Source: the human T2T-CHM13v2.0 reference genome, Homo sapiens
Direction: 5' to 3' (one strand)
Assembly: GCF_009914755.1 (NCBI RefSeq)
Contig: NC_060937.1
Length of the DNA stretch: 64,000 nucleotides
The position numbers and the translations under genes are program-made. Positions 13,177-29,308 of the stretch are shown one piece after another. The notes below the pieces were generated by a model, which worked only from the letters and a program-made list of their open reading frames with translations, was not told where the DNA came from and made no database searches. Numbering within the stretch: the first letter of the stretch is position 1; each line of letters starts with the position of its first letter.

Positions 13177-14021
13177 GACCACCACACTCCAAGAAATGTT
13201 AAGATGTGTAATATGTACTTACCACTAATAATATTTAGCAGTTTGGGGGGTAAGATTTTTCCCTGAAGAAAATACTTATAAACACAATTTAAATTATGGG
13301 TATCGAGTCTGCAGGGCAGATTTTTTCTTTCATTTTTAATGCTATGCTCATTTTAAAAAGCCTAGATGAAGTCACGATGAAAATTCAGTCACTCACTCTG
13401 TTTTGAAATTGGGGTTATTCCTTATCCTTTTACAAGAGAAGAGTATTTAATTTCAAAATTTCATTTTAAATTAAGAGAACGTCGTTGTGGTAAGAAGTTA
13501 CCTGCAATACATATATAAGAAACAAGTCAACTTAGTTAGTATTAAATAACATTTTGTTATTACGAAAGTAAAGCAATTGTCAAAAGGAGCTTAACTCATC
13601 CACCACCTCTAAGGATAGCAGTAACGTGCTCTTAAGGCAGAGAAACTCCTGCCAAAAAGTCATATTGATGCTTCCAAAGATATAAGTAACAATACTGTCC
13701 TCTAAAAAGTTTCTTCTGGCTCTTTCTAAGATAATTCCCACTAACAGATTCCAAATTGCTTCTCCCAGTATCTTGAAATGCCAGCTACACTGTAGGAACA
13801 CTACAGGGTACTTGGAGGACATTAATGTGTAAAATGAGGGCACAAATTGATAAAGAGTGTATAATTCAGATATTTTTAAGTAGCTATTTCCTAAAATTTA
13901 TTTTATTTTATTTTAGGAAATAGTTACTTTACCTTGAAAGATTTAAGATATATCAAGACCTGTTTGGACAAGTTTGGTCACTTGGTCCCTTCCTTGGTAA
14001 ATGCAGTAACTGTGGAGCAAA

Positions 14022-14098
14022 GGAAAGGAGACAGAAGGAAGGAGGGAGAGGGAGAATGAGAGGGAGAGGGAGCAGGAGAGGGAGAGATTGAGATTGAG
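14022..14098. repeat. GA-rich low-complexity tract
   Basis: (GGGAGA)-like repeats visible. Confidence 0.8.
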
Positions 14099-14614
14099 TT
14101 TAACCTCCTTCAGGGTAACTAGAACTAACACATAAAACTTTAGATCCGTGAACAGAAGCCACTTTATGCCACTGAGACTGGGAAACAGACAGGAGGATTC
14201 ATGCATGAGGATTGAAGCAGATATGTAGTAAGGAGCAGGGCTGAGAATGGGTTTAGAGAATTTCCTTGTTTTCCACAGTACTCCAGGCAGCAATTCCCGT
14301 CTGGAAGCCTAGTTGGGATGCCATATGTACTTCCAAAAGTTTCATTTTCCACTTAAGTTAGTTTGGCTTTATTTTACTTTCAACAAGAGATGTTAGGCAA
14401 TGCAATCATCACCATCACAACTGGAAGAGAGAGACACCAGGAAAGTATCTTGCCTCTAAATACCCAATGGCCAGAACAGATTCTCATCTCTCTCCTATTG
14501 TCCACTACTGGTTGGTCACCCTTGGTATTGTAAAGAAAAACAGCTTTCTTCTTATTTTCATCATTATTAGCATTTCCCCACTATCTTAAGTAATCTCTGT
14601 TCATATAATTCTTT

Positions 14615-16061
14615 CTTAAACTTTTATTTTAGGTTCAGGAGTACAGGTTAAGGTTTATTAATAGGTAAATTGTGTGTTACTGGGATCTGGTGTACAGATT
14701 ATTTTGCCACCCAGGTAATAAGCATAGTATTTGATAGGTAATTTTTTGATCCTCACCCTCTTCCACCCTCAAGTAGGTCCTGGGGTCTGTTGTTCCATTC
14801 TTTGTGTCTATGTGTACTCAGTGTTTAGCTCCCACTTAATAAGAGAATGTGTGATATTTGTTTTTCTGTTCTTATGCCAATTTGCTTAGGATAATGACCT
14901 CCAGCTCCATCTATGTTGCTGCAAAGGACATGATCTCATTCTTGCTATGGCTGCATAGTATTCCATAGTGTATATGTACCACATTTTCTTTATCCAGTCT
15001 ACTGCTTATGGCATTTATGTTTATTCTATGTCTTTGCTATTGTGAAGAGTGCTGTGATGAACATATGCATGCATGCATCTTTACAGTAGAACAATTCCTA
15101 TCCCTTTGGGTATATACCCAATAATGGGATTGCTGGGTCAATTGGTAATTCCACTTTAAGTTCTTTGAAAAATCACCAAACTGCCTTCCACAATGGCTGG
15201 AATAATTTATATTCCCACCAGCAATGTATAAGTGTACCTTTTTCTTTGCAATCTTGCCAGTATCTGTTATTTTTCTGTTTTAATACTAGCCATTCTGACT
15301 GGTGTGAGACAGTATCTCATTGTGGTTTGATTTGCATTTCTCTAATGATTTGTGATGTTAAGTATTGTTTCATATGCTTTTTGCCCACATGTATGTATGT
15401 CTTCTTTTGTAAAGTGTCTGTTCGTGTCCTTTGCCCACTTTTTAGCGGGGTTGTTTTTTGCGTGTTGATTTAAGTTTTTATGGATTCTGGATATTAGACC
15501 TTTGTCAGATGCATAGTTTGCAAATGTTTTCTCCCATTCTGTAGGTTGTCTGTTTACTCTATTGATAGTTTCTTTTGCTGTACAGAAACTCTTTTGTTTA
15601 ACCAGATACCATTTGTCAATTATTTTTGTTGCAATTGCTTTTGGAGCCTTTGTCATGAAATCTTTGCCAGGTCCTAGGTCTAGAATGGTATTTTCTAGGT
15701 TATTTTTCAGTGTTTTCAAAGTTTTATCCTTTACATTTAAGTCTAATCCATCTTGAGTTGATTTTTGTACATGATGTAAAGAAGGGGTCCAGTTTCAATC
15801 CTCTGCATATGGCTAGCCAGTCATCCTAGCACCATTGACTGAAGAGAAAGCTCTTTCCCCATTGCTTGTTTTAGTCAACTTAGTTGAAGATCACATGGTG
15901 TAGGTGTGCAGCATTATTTCTGGGCTCGCTGTTCCATAGGTCTGTAAGTCTGTTTTTGTACATGCTGTTTTGGTTACCATAGCCTTGTAGTCCAGTTTGA
16001 AGTTAGGTAACCTGATGCCTACAGCTTTGTTCTTTTTGCTCGGAATTCTCTTGGCTATTTG
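14615..16061 (-). mobile_element. L1PA15/16-like LINE, 3' part (host of nested L1)
   Basis: Antisense 3'UTR and ORF2 (ORF 15342-15719 [19 protein letters not shown]); resumes at 19037; TSD core atataattcttt at 14603-14614 and 19508-19519. Confidence 0.92.
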
Positions 16062-16067
16062 AAATTT

Positions 16068-16623
16068 TTTTTTGCATCAATGTTCATCAGATATACTGGC
16101 CTAAAGTTTTCTTTTTTTGTTGAGTGTCTGCCAGGTTTTGGTATCAGGATGATGCTGACTTCATAAAATGAGTTAGGGAGGATTTCCTCCTTTCCAATTG
16201 TTTGGAATAGTTTCAGAAGGAATGTTACCAGCTCCTCTTTGTACTTCTCATAGAATTCAGCTGTGAATCCGTCTTCTCCTGGGCTTTCTTTGGTTGGTAG
16301 GCTATTAATTACTGCCTCAATTTCAGAACTTGTTATTAGTCTATTCAGGGATTAGACCTCTTCCTCATTTAGTCTTGGGAGGGTGTATATATCCAGAAAT
16401 TTATCTTCTTCTAAATTTTCTAGTTTATTTGTGTAGAGGTGTTTATAGTATTCTCTAATAGTAGTTTGTATTTCTGTGGCATCAGCGGTGATATTCCCTT
16501 TCTCATTTTTATTGTGTCTATTTGATCCTTCTTTATTAGTCTAGCTAGTGGTCTATTTTGTTTAATTTTTTCAAAACACCAGCTCCTGGACTCATCAATT
16601 TTTGGAGGGTTTTTCGTGTCTCT
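16068..16623 (-). mobile_element. Inverted 5' segment of nested L1PA10-like element
   Basis: Antisense ORF2 mid-region starting ttttgcatcaatgttcatc; contiguous in the L1 consensus with the start of the forward segment. Confidence 0.9.
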
Positions 16624-19036
16624 GAAAATCCTCAATAAAGTACTGGCAAACTGAATCCAGCAGTAGATCAAAAACTTATCCACCACGATAAAGTCAGCCT
16701 TATTCCTGGGAGGCAAGGCTGGTTAAACATACCCAAATCAATACACTTAATCTATCACATAAACAGAACCAAAGACAAAAACCACATGATTATCACAATA
16801 GATGTAGAAAAGGCCTTCGATAAAATTCAACATCGCTTCATGTTAAAAAAAACTCTCAATAAACTAGGTATTGATGGAACATATCTCAAAATAATAAGAA
16901 CTATTTTTGAGAAACCCACAGCCAATATCATATTGAATAGTCAAAAGCTGGAGGCATTCCCTTTGAAAACTGGCACAAGAAAAAGATGCCCTCTCTCACT
17001 ATTCCTATTCAACATAGTGTTGGAAGTTCTGATCGGAGAAATCAAGCAAGAGAAAGAAAGAAAGGATATTAAAATAGGAAGAGAGGAAGTCAAACTGTCT
17101 CTGTTTGCAGACAACATGATTCTATATTTAGAAAACCCCGTCATCTCAGCCCCCAAACTCCTTAAACTGTAAGCAACTTCAGCAAGGTCTCAGGGTACAC
17201 AGTCAATGTGCAAAAAGCACAAGCATTCCTTTACACCAACAATAGACAAGTAGAGTGACAAATTATGAATGAACTCCCATTCACAATTGCTACAAAGAGA
17301 ATAAAATACTTAGAAATACAGCTAACAAGGGATGTGAAGGACCTCTTCAAGGAGGACTACAAACCACTGCTCAAGGAAATAAGAGAGGATACAAACAAAT
17401 GGAAAAACATTTCATCCTCATGGATAGCAGGAATCAATATTGTGAAAATGGCCACAATGCCCAAAGTAATTTATAGATTCAATGCTATTCCCATCAAACT
17501 ACCACTGACATTCTTCACAGAATTAGAAAAACATACTTTAAATTGCATATGGAATCAAAGAAGACAAGCCAAGAGAATACTGAGCAAAAATAAAGCTGGA
17601 GGCATGACCCTACCTGACTTCAAACTATCCTGCAAGGCTACAGTGACCAAAACAGCATGGTACTGGTGTGAAAATAGACATATAGCTCAATGGAACAGAA
17701 CAGAGAATTCAGAAATAACACCACATGTCTACAACCAACTGATCTTTGAAAAACCTGACAAAAAACAAGCAATGGGGAAAGGATCTCCTATGCAAGTAAA
17801 AGGTGCTGGGAAAACTGGCTAGCCATATGCAGAAATCTGAAGCTGGACCCTTTCCTTACACCTTATACAAAAATTAACTTGAGATGGATTAAAGGCTTAA
17901 ATGTAAAACCCAAAACCATAAAAACACTAGAAGAAAACCTAGGCAGTACTATTCAGGACATAGGCATAGGCAAAGACTTCTTCATGAAAATGCCAAAAAC
18001 AATTGCAACAAAAGTCAAAATTGACAAATGGGATCTAATTAAACTAAAGAGCTTCTGCACAGCAAAAGAAACTATCATCAGAGTGAACAAGCAACCTACA
18101 GAATGGGAGAAAATTTTTGCAATCTGTCCATCTGACAAATGTCTAATATCCAGAATTTACAAGGAACTTAAAAAAGTTTACAAGAAGAAAGCAAACAACC
18201 CCATCAAAAAGTGGGCAAAGGATATGAACAGACACTTCTCAAAATAAGACATTTACTTGGCCAACAAACATATGAAAAAAGCTTGACATCAATGATCATT
18301 AGAGAAATGCAAATCAAAACCACAATGAGATGCCATCTCATGCCAGTCAGAATGGCGATTATTAAAAAGTCAAGAAACAATAGATGCTGGTGAGGCTGTG
18401 GAGAAATAGTAACGTTTTTACACTTTTGGTGGGAGTGTAAATTAGTTCAACCATTGTGGAAGACAGTATGGCAATTCCTCAATGATCTAGAACCAGAAAT
18501 ACCATTTGACCCATCAGTCCCATTATTGGGTATATACCCAAAGGAATATAAATCATTCTACTATAAAGACACATGTACACATATGTTTACTGCAGCACTA
18601 TTCACAACAGCAAAGTCATGGAACCAACCCAAATGCCCATCAATGATAGACTGGATAAAGAAAAGTGGTACATAGACAGCATGGAATACTATGCAGGCAT
18701 AAAAAGGAATGATACCATGTTCTTTGCAGGGACATGGATGAAGCTGGAAACCATCATCCTCAGCAAACTAACACAGGAACAGAAAACCAAACACCACATG
18801 TTCTCACTCATAAGTGGGAGTTGAACAATGAGAACACACAGACATAGAGAGGTGAACAACACACACCAGGGCCAGTTTGGGGTAGGGGGCGAGGGGAGGG
18901 AACTTACAGGATCAGTCAATAGGTGCAGCAAACCACCACGGCACACGTATATCTATGTAGCAAACATGCTCTGCACATGTATCCCAGAACTTAAAGTATA
19001 ATAAAAATAAAAATATAATATAAAATGTAAAAAAAA
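16624..19036 (+). mobile_element. L1PA10-like LINE, ORF2 RT/C-terminal region and 3'UTR (disrupted)
   Basis: ORF2 fragments [24 protein letters not shown] (RT FADD motif degenerate), [12 protein letters not shown]; 3'UTR gggaacttacaggatcagtcaataggtgcagcaaaccacc; A-rich tail. Confidence 0.95.
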
Positions 19037-19485
19037 TTTTAAATAGTTTTTAAAATTTTTAAATAGTTTTTTTTAATTCTGTGAAGAATGTTGTTGGTAG
19101 TTTGATAAGAATAGCATTAAATCTGTAAATTGCTTTGGGTAGTATGACCATTTTCACAATATTTATTTTTCCTATCTAGGAGCATGGAATGTTTTTCCAT
19201 TTTTCTGTGTCATCTCTGGTTTCTTTGAGCAGCGTTTTGTAATTCCCATTGTAGAGATCGTTCACCTCCCCAGTTAGGTGTATTCCCAGGTGTTCTATTC
19301 TTTTGAGAATAGAATTGTGAATGAGACTGCATTCTTGATTTGGCTCTCAGCTTGGATATTGTTGATGTATAGGAATGCTACTGATTTTTGGACATTGGTT
19401 TTTGTATCCTGAAACTTTGCTGAGGTTGTGCATCAGATCAAGGAGCTTTGGGGCCAAAAGTATGGGGTTTTCTAGGTATAGAAAA
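19037..19485 (-). mobile_element. Continuation of host L1PA15/16-like element
   Basis: aatagtttttttaattctgtgaagaatg...ggggttttctaggtataga, antisense ORF2 following on from 16061. Confidence 0.88.
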
Positions 19486-21049
19486 GATTTCAAACTATTC
19501 CTGTTTAATATAATTCTTTAACATAAAACACTTTGAAATTTTACTCAAAGACCTTCAGCTTTATATACTATTAAGTGAAACATGTAAAACCTGTGTTTGA
19601 CTCAGTACAAATGGTTATTAGAAGAGTGGAATTCAATATTTGGGTCTGAACATAAGAAAGAAAAAGTAATATACAAAATTTATTGATGGTAATCCTTAAA
19701 CCAGGAAAACAGAAAGATACAACTGGGGTACCAATTCCTTCATTTTCTAACTTACCTTTCTTACTCATCATATTTCACTCATTTATCATACCCACTACCA
19801 AAACCTGGCCTTCCTTTCTCTGGGTGAATCATTCTCTTCCACCAATCTTCTGGTCTGAAAGGAAGCATGTGGAAGAATGAATGAAGAAGGGGTCACCTGA
19901 AGGGTCAGCCAAATATAATCTCGGATGGGTGGGGTGACAACTGTTACAGCACATCGCCCTTACTTCCAACACTGTGTCATGCTGATGTCAGATATGTAAG
20001 ATACAGCAGATTAATGGCTTGAAGTGGTTGTGGCTCAGAAATCTCCCTAGTATGATTGAGATGCAAGTTTTTGAAATCAAGATGGAAATATAGTAAGTGA
20101 AAAACAGGGCAAATCAATTTAAAGGTCATGGATATGAAAGCTGCAAATGATGTATCATATGCTACTTCAATCACCACTGAATGTCCAGCCACAGGAAGCA
20201 AGGAGAAAAGGAAACAAGCCATTGCTTTGTGCCCCATTTTGTGCAATGAGAACTGGGTTAAAAATATGCTTCTCCTTCATCCTTTCCTATTGCCAGATCC
20301 CTAGTTTAAGGCCTTTGGGAAAGTTAGGGGCACGTCTCCAGTCCACAGATTGTTCTTTGCTGCTATTACCATAACCACACTATTATTCCCAAAATATTAT
20401 TTCATATTTGCCTGTATTCAACAATTCAAACCCAGCAAAATGGCTTTTTAAACTAAGGACAATATTACATTTACCACGTATCTTACTTGGCTCTATCAAT
20501 GATTCCCAATTCTGGTATAGTATAAATTAATGTTCAAATATATGATTTACATTGAAGGGCTATCCAATAGTTGGCATTTGGGTGTTACAGACCATTTCCA
20601 AAGGTACTCCTGTAAGTATAACAGCATTTCTCAATGTTGTTAGGCTTAATGAAATTCATGTTAAATATTCATGAGTCATTGAGCTGTCTCCTGGACTCTT
20701 GATTAAATTTTTCCTTAACTGGTCTAAACACTGGGATGTCTGTTAAGTATGTTTATCTTCTCTTTATTTAAGCCAGTGTTTCTCACAGTAAAATATTGCA
20801 TTTGGAATGTTTCTTTGACCCTCCAGTCTTTTCTGTAAGATACAAACAAGCTCCTAATGTTGGCTGGAAAAAAATTAATTGGAAGGTGAAAGAGGCATTC
20901 TTAAATTAAACAATACAAGAGTTCCACATTGTTTATTCATCTAAAAAAGGGGAATTCCATAAAAATAAGACCAGTTGGAAATCAAATTTAATCTCAGAAC
21001 TTTATTCTTTAGACTTCAAGAATCTTTTGAATCAGTCATCACCAGTTGA

Positions 21050-21660
21050 TTAAAATCAACTAACTAATGGTTGATCTTTGTTCACTAAATGTTCTGGCTA
21101 GGCAACAAGACACCAAAATGAATAAACCTTTGTTGTTGTTGTTTTTTACATAAGAAGCTCATAATCTAGTGGGAAAAATAGGAACATAGGCAATTATCAC
21201 GTTAAATTATGATAAATATTAAAGGCATATGCACCAAGCCATGGGACTCAAAGGGAACAGAAAACAATTCTGATTGGAAAACTCAAGGATAACAAGAATT
21301 GGTAGAAAATGTAATCTGTAATTTCCTGAACGGTAAGTAGGAATAGTGGACAAGTGGAGAATGGGAGGGGAGAGGATACCCTACTGAAGGCATGGCAGGA
21401 GCAAAGGCTCTGAGATCCGAAAGTGTAAGAATGTTTGGGAAAGGGCACAGTTTGGGGCAAAGAGAAGAAGGTGTTGTTGAGGACAAAGTTTGAAAAATAG
21501 TTTGGACGTATATCGTAAAAACCTTAACAACCAATCCGAGTTGAACAGCCATTTGGGCTTTTCCAGCAGAGGAGCTCCATGATCAGAACTGTGCTTTCAA
21601 AAATAGCTGAGGACAGTGTGGAGGGGAGGAGGCTATTTGGAACTTTGTCAAAAATAGGAA
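21050..21660 (-). mobile_element. L2 LINE fragment
   Basis: aagctcataatctagtggga, gcaaaggctctgag, ccatgatcagaactgtgctttc. Confidence 0.7.
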
Positions 21661-21750
21661 AGCTTTATGAAATTATTTTTTATTACAAATCATGTTTTCA
21701 AAGGTGGCCCTGAAATTAGGAAGCATATATATACAAATATAAAAACATCT

Positions 21751-22220
<470 letters not shown>

Positions 22221-22504
22221 TTATGTTGAAGAGGTAACCTTTATCAGAATTACTTGTTAATCCTCTGTGGATACCTGACCTCTGAGAGAGACCCTGTTAC
22301 TTGGGAAGAGTCCAGCATAATACACATATGATTGCTTCATTTTCCCAGTATATTTAATTCAGTTACTTGTGGTGTGGAAGGAAGCCCTGGCTGAAATATT
22401 AAATTTCCATTTTAATTTCCAAACTACAATATTAAAACATTGTACTCATTAGTCTGAAAAGCAATACATGATAACAGCAGTCAGACCTCAACTTCTGGTA
22501 AGAG

Positions 22505-22710
22505 AGTAGAGGCTCATGGTAAAAAGCATGAGCTCTGACGTCTGCCAGATCTTGGTGCACACTCCAGGTTTATTATTTACTGGTCTCAGTTTCCTAAACT
22601 ATAGAATTTCAATACTAGTACATACTCACTAGATTGTTATGAGAGTTACATAAGACAATGCTTGTATAATCCTTGGCACATCAAAGCATTTAATAGATGT
22701 CAATTGTTCT
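22505..22710 (+). mobile_element. MIR SINE
   Basis: ggtaaaaagcatgagctctg...tctcagtttcctaaactatagaa...gattgttatgag. Confidence 0.65.
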
Positions 22711-23042
22711 TCCCTACATCATTGCTTGCCACATGGTAATCATATATTCTTATTTCAGATCGCTTCTATTTCTTGAGTGATGAGCATTTGTAGCAAATAT
22801 TTTTTCACAACATTTTTGTACTTTCCTTCATTTGTTCATTCATTATTATGGGATTTACTACGTGCTTGACACTAAACATTTCCATTTTGATTTACCTGCA
22901 TGTCTATCATATGCTTTGCACAGAAAGTCTAAGATGGCATTGTATTTCTCTACCTGTAATCATTGATATTTTTCATCCATACATGCAAAGTCATCAGTGC
23001 TTTGCTCAGACTGTTCTTCCTAATAGCTACCCCATTAACTAA

Positions 23043-23046
23043 TCTA

Positions 23047-23078
<32 letters not shown>

Positions 23079-23105
23079 CCTACCTACCTACATACCTACC
23101 TATCT
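23043..23105. repeat. Compound tetranucleotide STR (TCTG)n(CTAC)n
   Basis: Directly visible. Confidence 0.95.
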
Positions 23106-23125
23106 AATGTATTAAGATGTTTCCC

Positions 23126-23523
<398 letters not shown>

Positions 23524-24404
23524 TTATTTAGTTTGCCTTTTGTTTCACCTGAATTAAAATGATAAATTTTGAGTTGAGTCTCAGTTTTATAAATGGCCAA
23601 ATCTATTTACACAGACACTGCAGGCCTACTGACATCTGTGGGCTGAATCCTGTCAGCTTCTTGGAAGAACTCATGCCTTATAATTTAACTGTATTGTTCA
23701 CATCATCAAGTTCAGACCTGGAGAAATAGAAGCTGCTGAATAAATATTTTTAGTAGACTGATTAAATTCCATATCTAAAATTACCTTATCTGCAAATAAT
23801 AGAAGTTGTATAATTTAGATCTATACAATTATTTTTAATAAAAAAAGTATATTCTAACTGGGCCAACAGGGAAAAAAAAATAACTTAGTAGTTTTACTAC
23901 TCTTCTACAGTAGATTGGCCAGAAGTTTTGCCCTGAAACAAAAAATATGAATACACCTTCAAAGGAAAATGTAATGTGGGAGGCTGATGACTGATGACAA
24001 ATGGGCTGCGTTTGTCGTTTTTAATTCTGAAAAAAAAAAATCATTTCTCTTTTCCACCTACAACTTCTACATTAAATAGAATGTTTCTGTGGATTGGTAT
24101 GTGTTAATGAGGTTGTTTTATATCAGCTCTAGGTGCATGTATGTGTGCTGCTATGTTTAACATCCAAACTCAGATTGTGTTCTATTAGTACATCCTGGAA
24201 AATCCCACCATGAAGAGGAAAACTAGTGACACACATGGTTAAGGGAGCTGAGAAAGTGGAAACTGACGTTCCCTTTTAAGACTTTGGTATATCAGTGACA
24301 CAGAGATGCTGATATACAGTTCAGCTTTCCTATCTTTTATTCCCAGGGATTATCCCCCATCCTTGGTGCAAAGAAAAGGGAAGACCATAATTGATGTATA
24401 ATAA

Positions 24405-24620
24405 TAGAATTATTAATATCAACATAAGTCTTACTACATGTCATTTAATCGTCACGTTTACTTTAAAAGGCAGTCACTCTATTCCCATTTTTCAGATGAA
24501 GAAACTGAGGCAAAGAAAGGTCAAGTGATCTGTTCAAGGTCACATTGGTAGTGGGTGGTAGAGCTAGATTTCAAACCCTTAAAATTTAGCTCCAGTCTTC
24601 ACAATTTAATCACTATTAAA
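24405..24620 (-). mobile_element. MIR SINE
   Basis: cccatttttcagatgaagaaactgaggcaaagaaaggtcaagtgatctgttcaaggtcac. Confidence 0.85.
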
Positions 24621-26615
24621 CTGTAATGGCCTCTTTGTCTATTATAATAATATTATTATATTATTTACAATATTATTAATTGAAGAAATATAATTTCTGC
24701 AACATGCCATGATAGAATAATTAGATTTACACTCCCTTAAAAGGTCTGTTATGCAACCCTATCTCAAGTGATTGACTACAATATTCTGAAAGAATTAAAT
24801 AAGCTGTTAATGGAACGCAAAACCATGAAGCCTGGGAGGAGCCTGGTATACCCCTCAATATCCTATTCACTTGCCTGTGATATAATATTAGGCTGCAAGA
24901 AAAAATAATCATAACATTAGGTTGCAATATGCAACCAGGTAAAATTCAAACAAGGTGTGACCCTAAAGAAGCATTTACTGCTGTTTTTCTTGTGCAAGCC
25001 ATGTGATGGATGTACAAGTTCTTCAGCTCTTGCTTTGGCCTAGTATATATGTAACATTAACTCAGTCTTAGTTACTAATTAGCTGAACATTTCCTGCCAT
25101 AGCTGCATTCTCTCAAAAAACATAACATGTCTCATTGAAAGGACTTCATCTGCTTCACTATATCTTTAATTATATTAGCTTTACAAGTATCTGTTACTTT
25201 GTTCAATTCCCTTCATCCTTGTTTTCATGCCAGTTCCTTCCCAAACTAATCATCTACCCATTCTTACCTTTGTTTCTAGGCAGTCCCTATATTGGACTTC
25301 TAACATTTATTCTTAAAGTTGTCACAGTCAAAATAGGTAAATTACAGAAACATGTAATGGATATAATACTAGAGAGAGTATTTTGATATATTGATATATA
25401 CTCTGTGAATATATATTTTTACATAATTGAGCTTAAACTAGAGATTTCTATCTTTGTACTTACTCATTCTATTAGCATATCATAATAATTTACCAAATTA
25501 TTAAAAACTCAATACAAAATTTTTAATTACTGAGTAATATTTTATTATTTGAATTCTCCATAATTTAATCGTTCCTCTTTTGTTGAAGATTTGGGGGATT
25601 TCCAATTTTTTCTTATAAATACTACTGTAATTACCAGTTGGGATATAAATAATTATCCACAATTCTGATTATTTTTCAAGTACTTATGATGAAAAAAAAT
25701 CAGTCCAAAGGTATGAACACTGGAGAAGTTCTTGCTATATATTAATAATTTTTAGGAGTCATATTTTACCAGTTAACATAAACCCAACCATGGATAAGTG
25801 TCTCTCGGCTGCAGCTTAACCACAATTTAACCTAATTATGCAAGTAAACAACACTTTCATGAACATCAGGTTAGATTGCGAAAGAATGAAAAATATCTTC
25901 GCTTCTATGATAACAAACAAGAAAATGGAGGTAAAATTATCATCATACTTTTTACTGAGTTATCAAAGAGTTGTGGACTCAAGGAAATGTTGGTGAACTG
26001 ACATCCGGAGAAGGAAGAACCCTTCAGAGTTGAGCAGATGACTATATCAACTTCCATACATGAAGTCAACCAACTGGTTTGGGTTTTAACAGATAGGAAA
26101 GAAAACCTACAATAGATACCACTGCAAGGGAAACTAAAATAGTTGAACTTTTAAATTTAAGGTGATATGGAAAAATAAATAGACAGAGATCTAGATGATC
26201 CCTAAATACAAAAAATACATCACTCAACTTAATAATCCTCTTTTATCTACTAAATTTTACTGAGAAGGCAGCAGTAAAGAAGGTGCTAGTGACTCTACTG
26301 GTACTTGAATTCTGGACCCCTGGTGGGATTCAATCCAAAGGTTAATCAAATCTATCTAAAACTGAGTCACAACTCTTTTCCAGCTCAAATACTGCTGAGA
26401 ATATAGAGGTCAGTAACATGATAGCAGCAGTGTGAGAGGTTGAAAACTATGTTATCCAAAGTTAAATTGAATCTATTAAAGCTGTGAACCAGTACCAGTT
26501 AAATTTGATCTTTTTTGAAATCTGAATAAGTAGCCCCTATTCTAGCAGTCAGAGAGAAGATAGCATTGAAACCTCTAGCGAAAACAAAATAAAATTAAAA
26601 GAAAATCATACTTTA

Positions 26616-27087
<472 letters not shown>

Positions 27088-28236
27088 TTAAAGGAAAATG
27101 GACATAGTGAATAAAGAAATGGGGATTTTCAAGGTAGAAATGAAAACTTTACTGAGAGAAATTCAACAACATCTAAATAAATGAAGATATAAACGATGTT
27201 TATTGATTGAAAAGTTAAATATTTTTAAGATGTCAGTTCTTCCCAAATAATAAAAAGGCAAACAACCCAATTTTTAAAATGTGATTGGATTTTCTGTTCT
27301 GGAAAAGATGTAGTAGATGAACTCCTCTGTTGTTCTTCCCACTAAGTACCACTGAAAACGTATGATATTGCATATAAGAAAAACATAGGAATGCTCTGAA
27401 AGATGGCAAGAAGAAGGCACATTGGCCAGGGACTTCAGGTCCTGAGTGACAAGATGACAATGAGTTTCCTGGGTTTTCTTTCTGCTTCGTATATGTCCCA
27501 CTGGGTGCTTAAATATTGGAAATACCAATGTGTTCAGACAAGAGGGACCTAAGAAAAGCCTACTCTTTCTAGTCAAAGGAGCAAGAGAGATGCAGCATAG
27601 CAAGACACAAAACTTTTAGACAGTAACTGTCCTACTTCAAGCAAACACTACATAAAAAACTCTGGCCTTAACTCATCTTGGTCATCAGAAGCTTCCACCC
27701 TCACCTGGCTGTGTGTGTGGTAAAGCACTGCGATGGGATCAGAGAAGTTTGAGTGTGGAGCCAGGACTTTTGAATACACTGGATAATAATAAGCACTGCC
27801 CCTACCCTGCAGTGTCAGTGGGGGCAATTTGAGAAGGCATAGTGAGATGTCATCCCTCACCCAAGGTATAAACAGAGACTGAGTAAGAAGTCTAGATTAT
27901 CCCCTCAAATTGGCATAGGATTTTTTAAGGACCAAAATAAAAAAGAACTGTCAACCCAGAATTTTGTATCCAGTGAAAATGTCTTTCAGGAATGAAGGAG
28001 AAATAAAGGCATTCTCATATGAAATAGAATTAAGAGAATTTGTTACTAGCAAACCTATGCTAATATAATTGTTAAAGGAAATTCTTAAAACAGAAAATTA
28101 GAAAGGAAGTATTTTGGAACATCGTGAAGGGAGGAAGAGCAATGAAAGGAGGAAAGATGGGAAATACAATAGACTTTTATTATCCTCTTAAGTTTCTAAA
28201 TTATGTTTGATGATTGTGATGAAAATGACAATAATG

Positions 28237-28761
<525 letters not shown>

Positions 28762-29308
28762 AAAATGACAATATTGTCTGATGAGATTTTCAATGTATAT
28801 ATGGGAGAAAATATATAAGATCTTTGTATGACTAATGAGAAAGATTAAAAGGACTTAAAGGAGAGGTATGATTTCTAAATTGTATTCATAATGGTAAAAA
28901 GTCAACACCAATAGACTGTAATAAGTTATGTCTCTATAATGTAATATCGATAGCAACCACTAAAAAATACACACAAAAAGATCTAAAAAATTACAAAAGT
29001 AAAACTATAGAAAAGTAAAAATTAAATTCCAAGAAGTTTAAGTAGCCTACAGGAAGGCAGAAAAAAAAAAACAGAAAAGGAAAAACAGAGGAAACAAGCA
29101 GAACAAGAAATATGTCAGATATATCAATAAATACATAACATTAATAATTTAAATATACCAACTGAAAGACAAAGAGCCGAGTGAGGAGGATAAAAGAACC
29201 ACTACGTGTTTTTTAGTCTCTAGGTTTATTTATTGAGTTTGCTCCATTTCTTTAGCACCATTCATATTTCACAGTACTTTCATATATTCATAGCACTATG
29301 AATTTAAC

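Noticed and set aside
16786-18824. Reverse-transcriptase-like ORF cluster as a novel RT system or active gene
   Set aside because: Fragments of standard L1 ORF2, broken by frameshifts and stops; 5'-truncated and inverted
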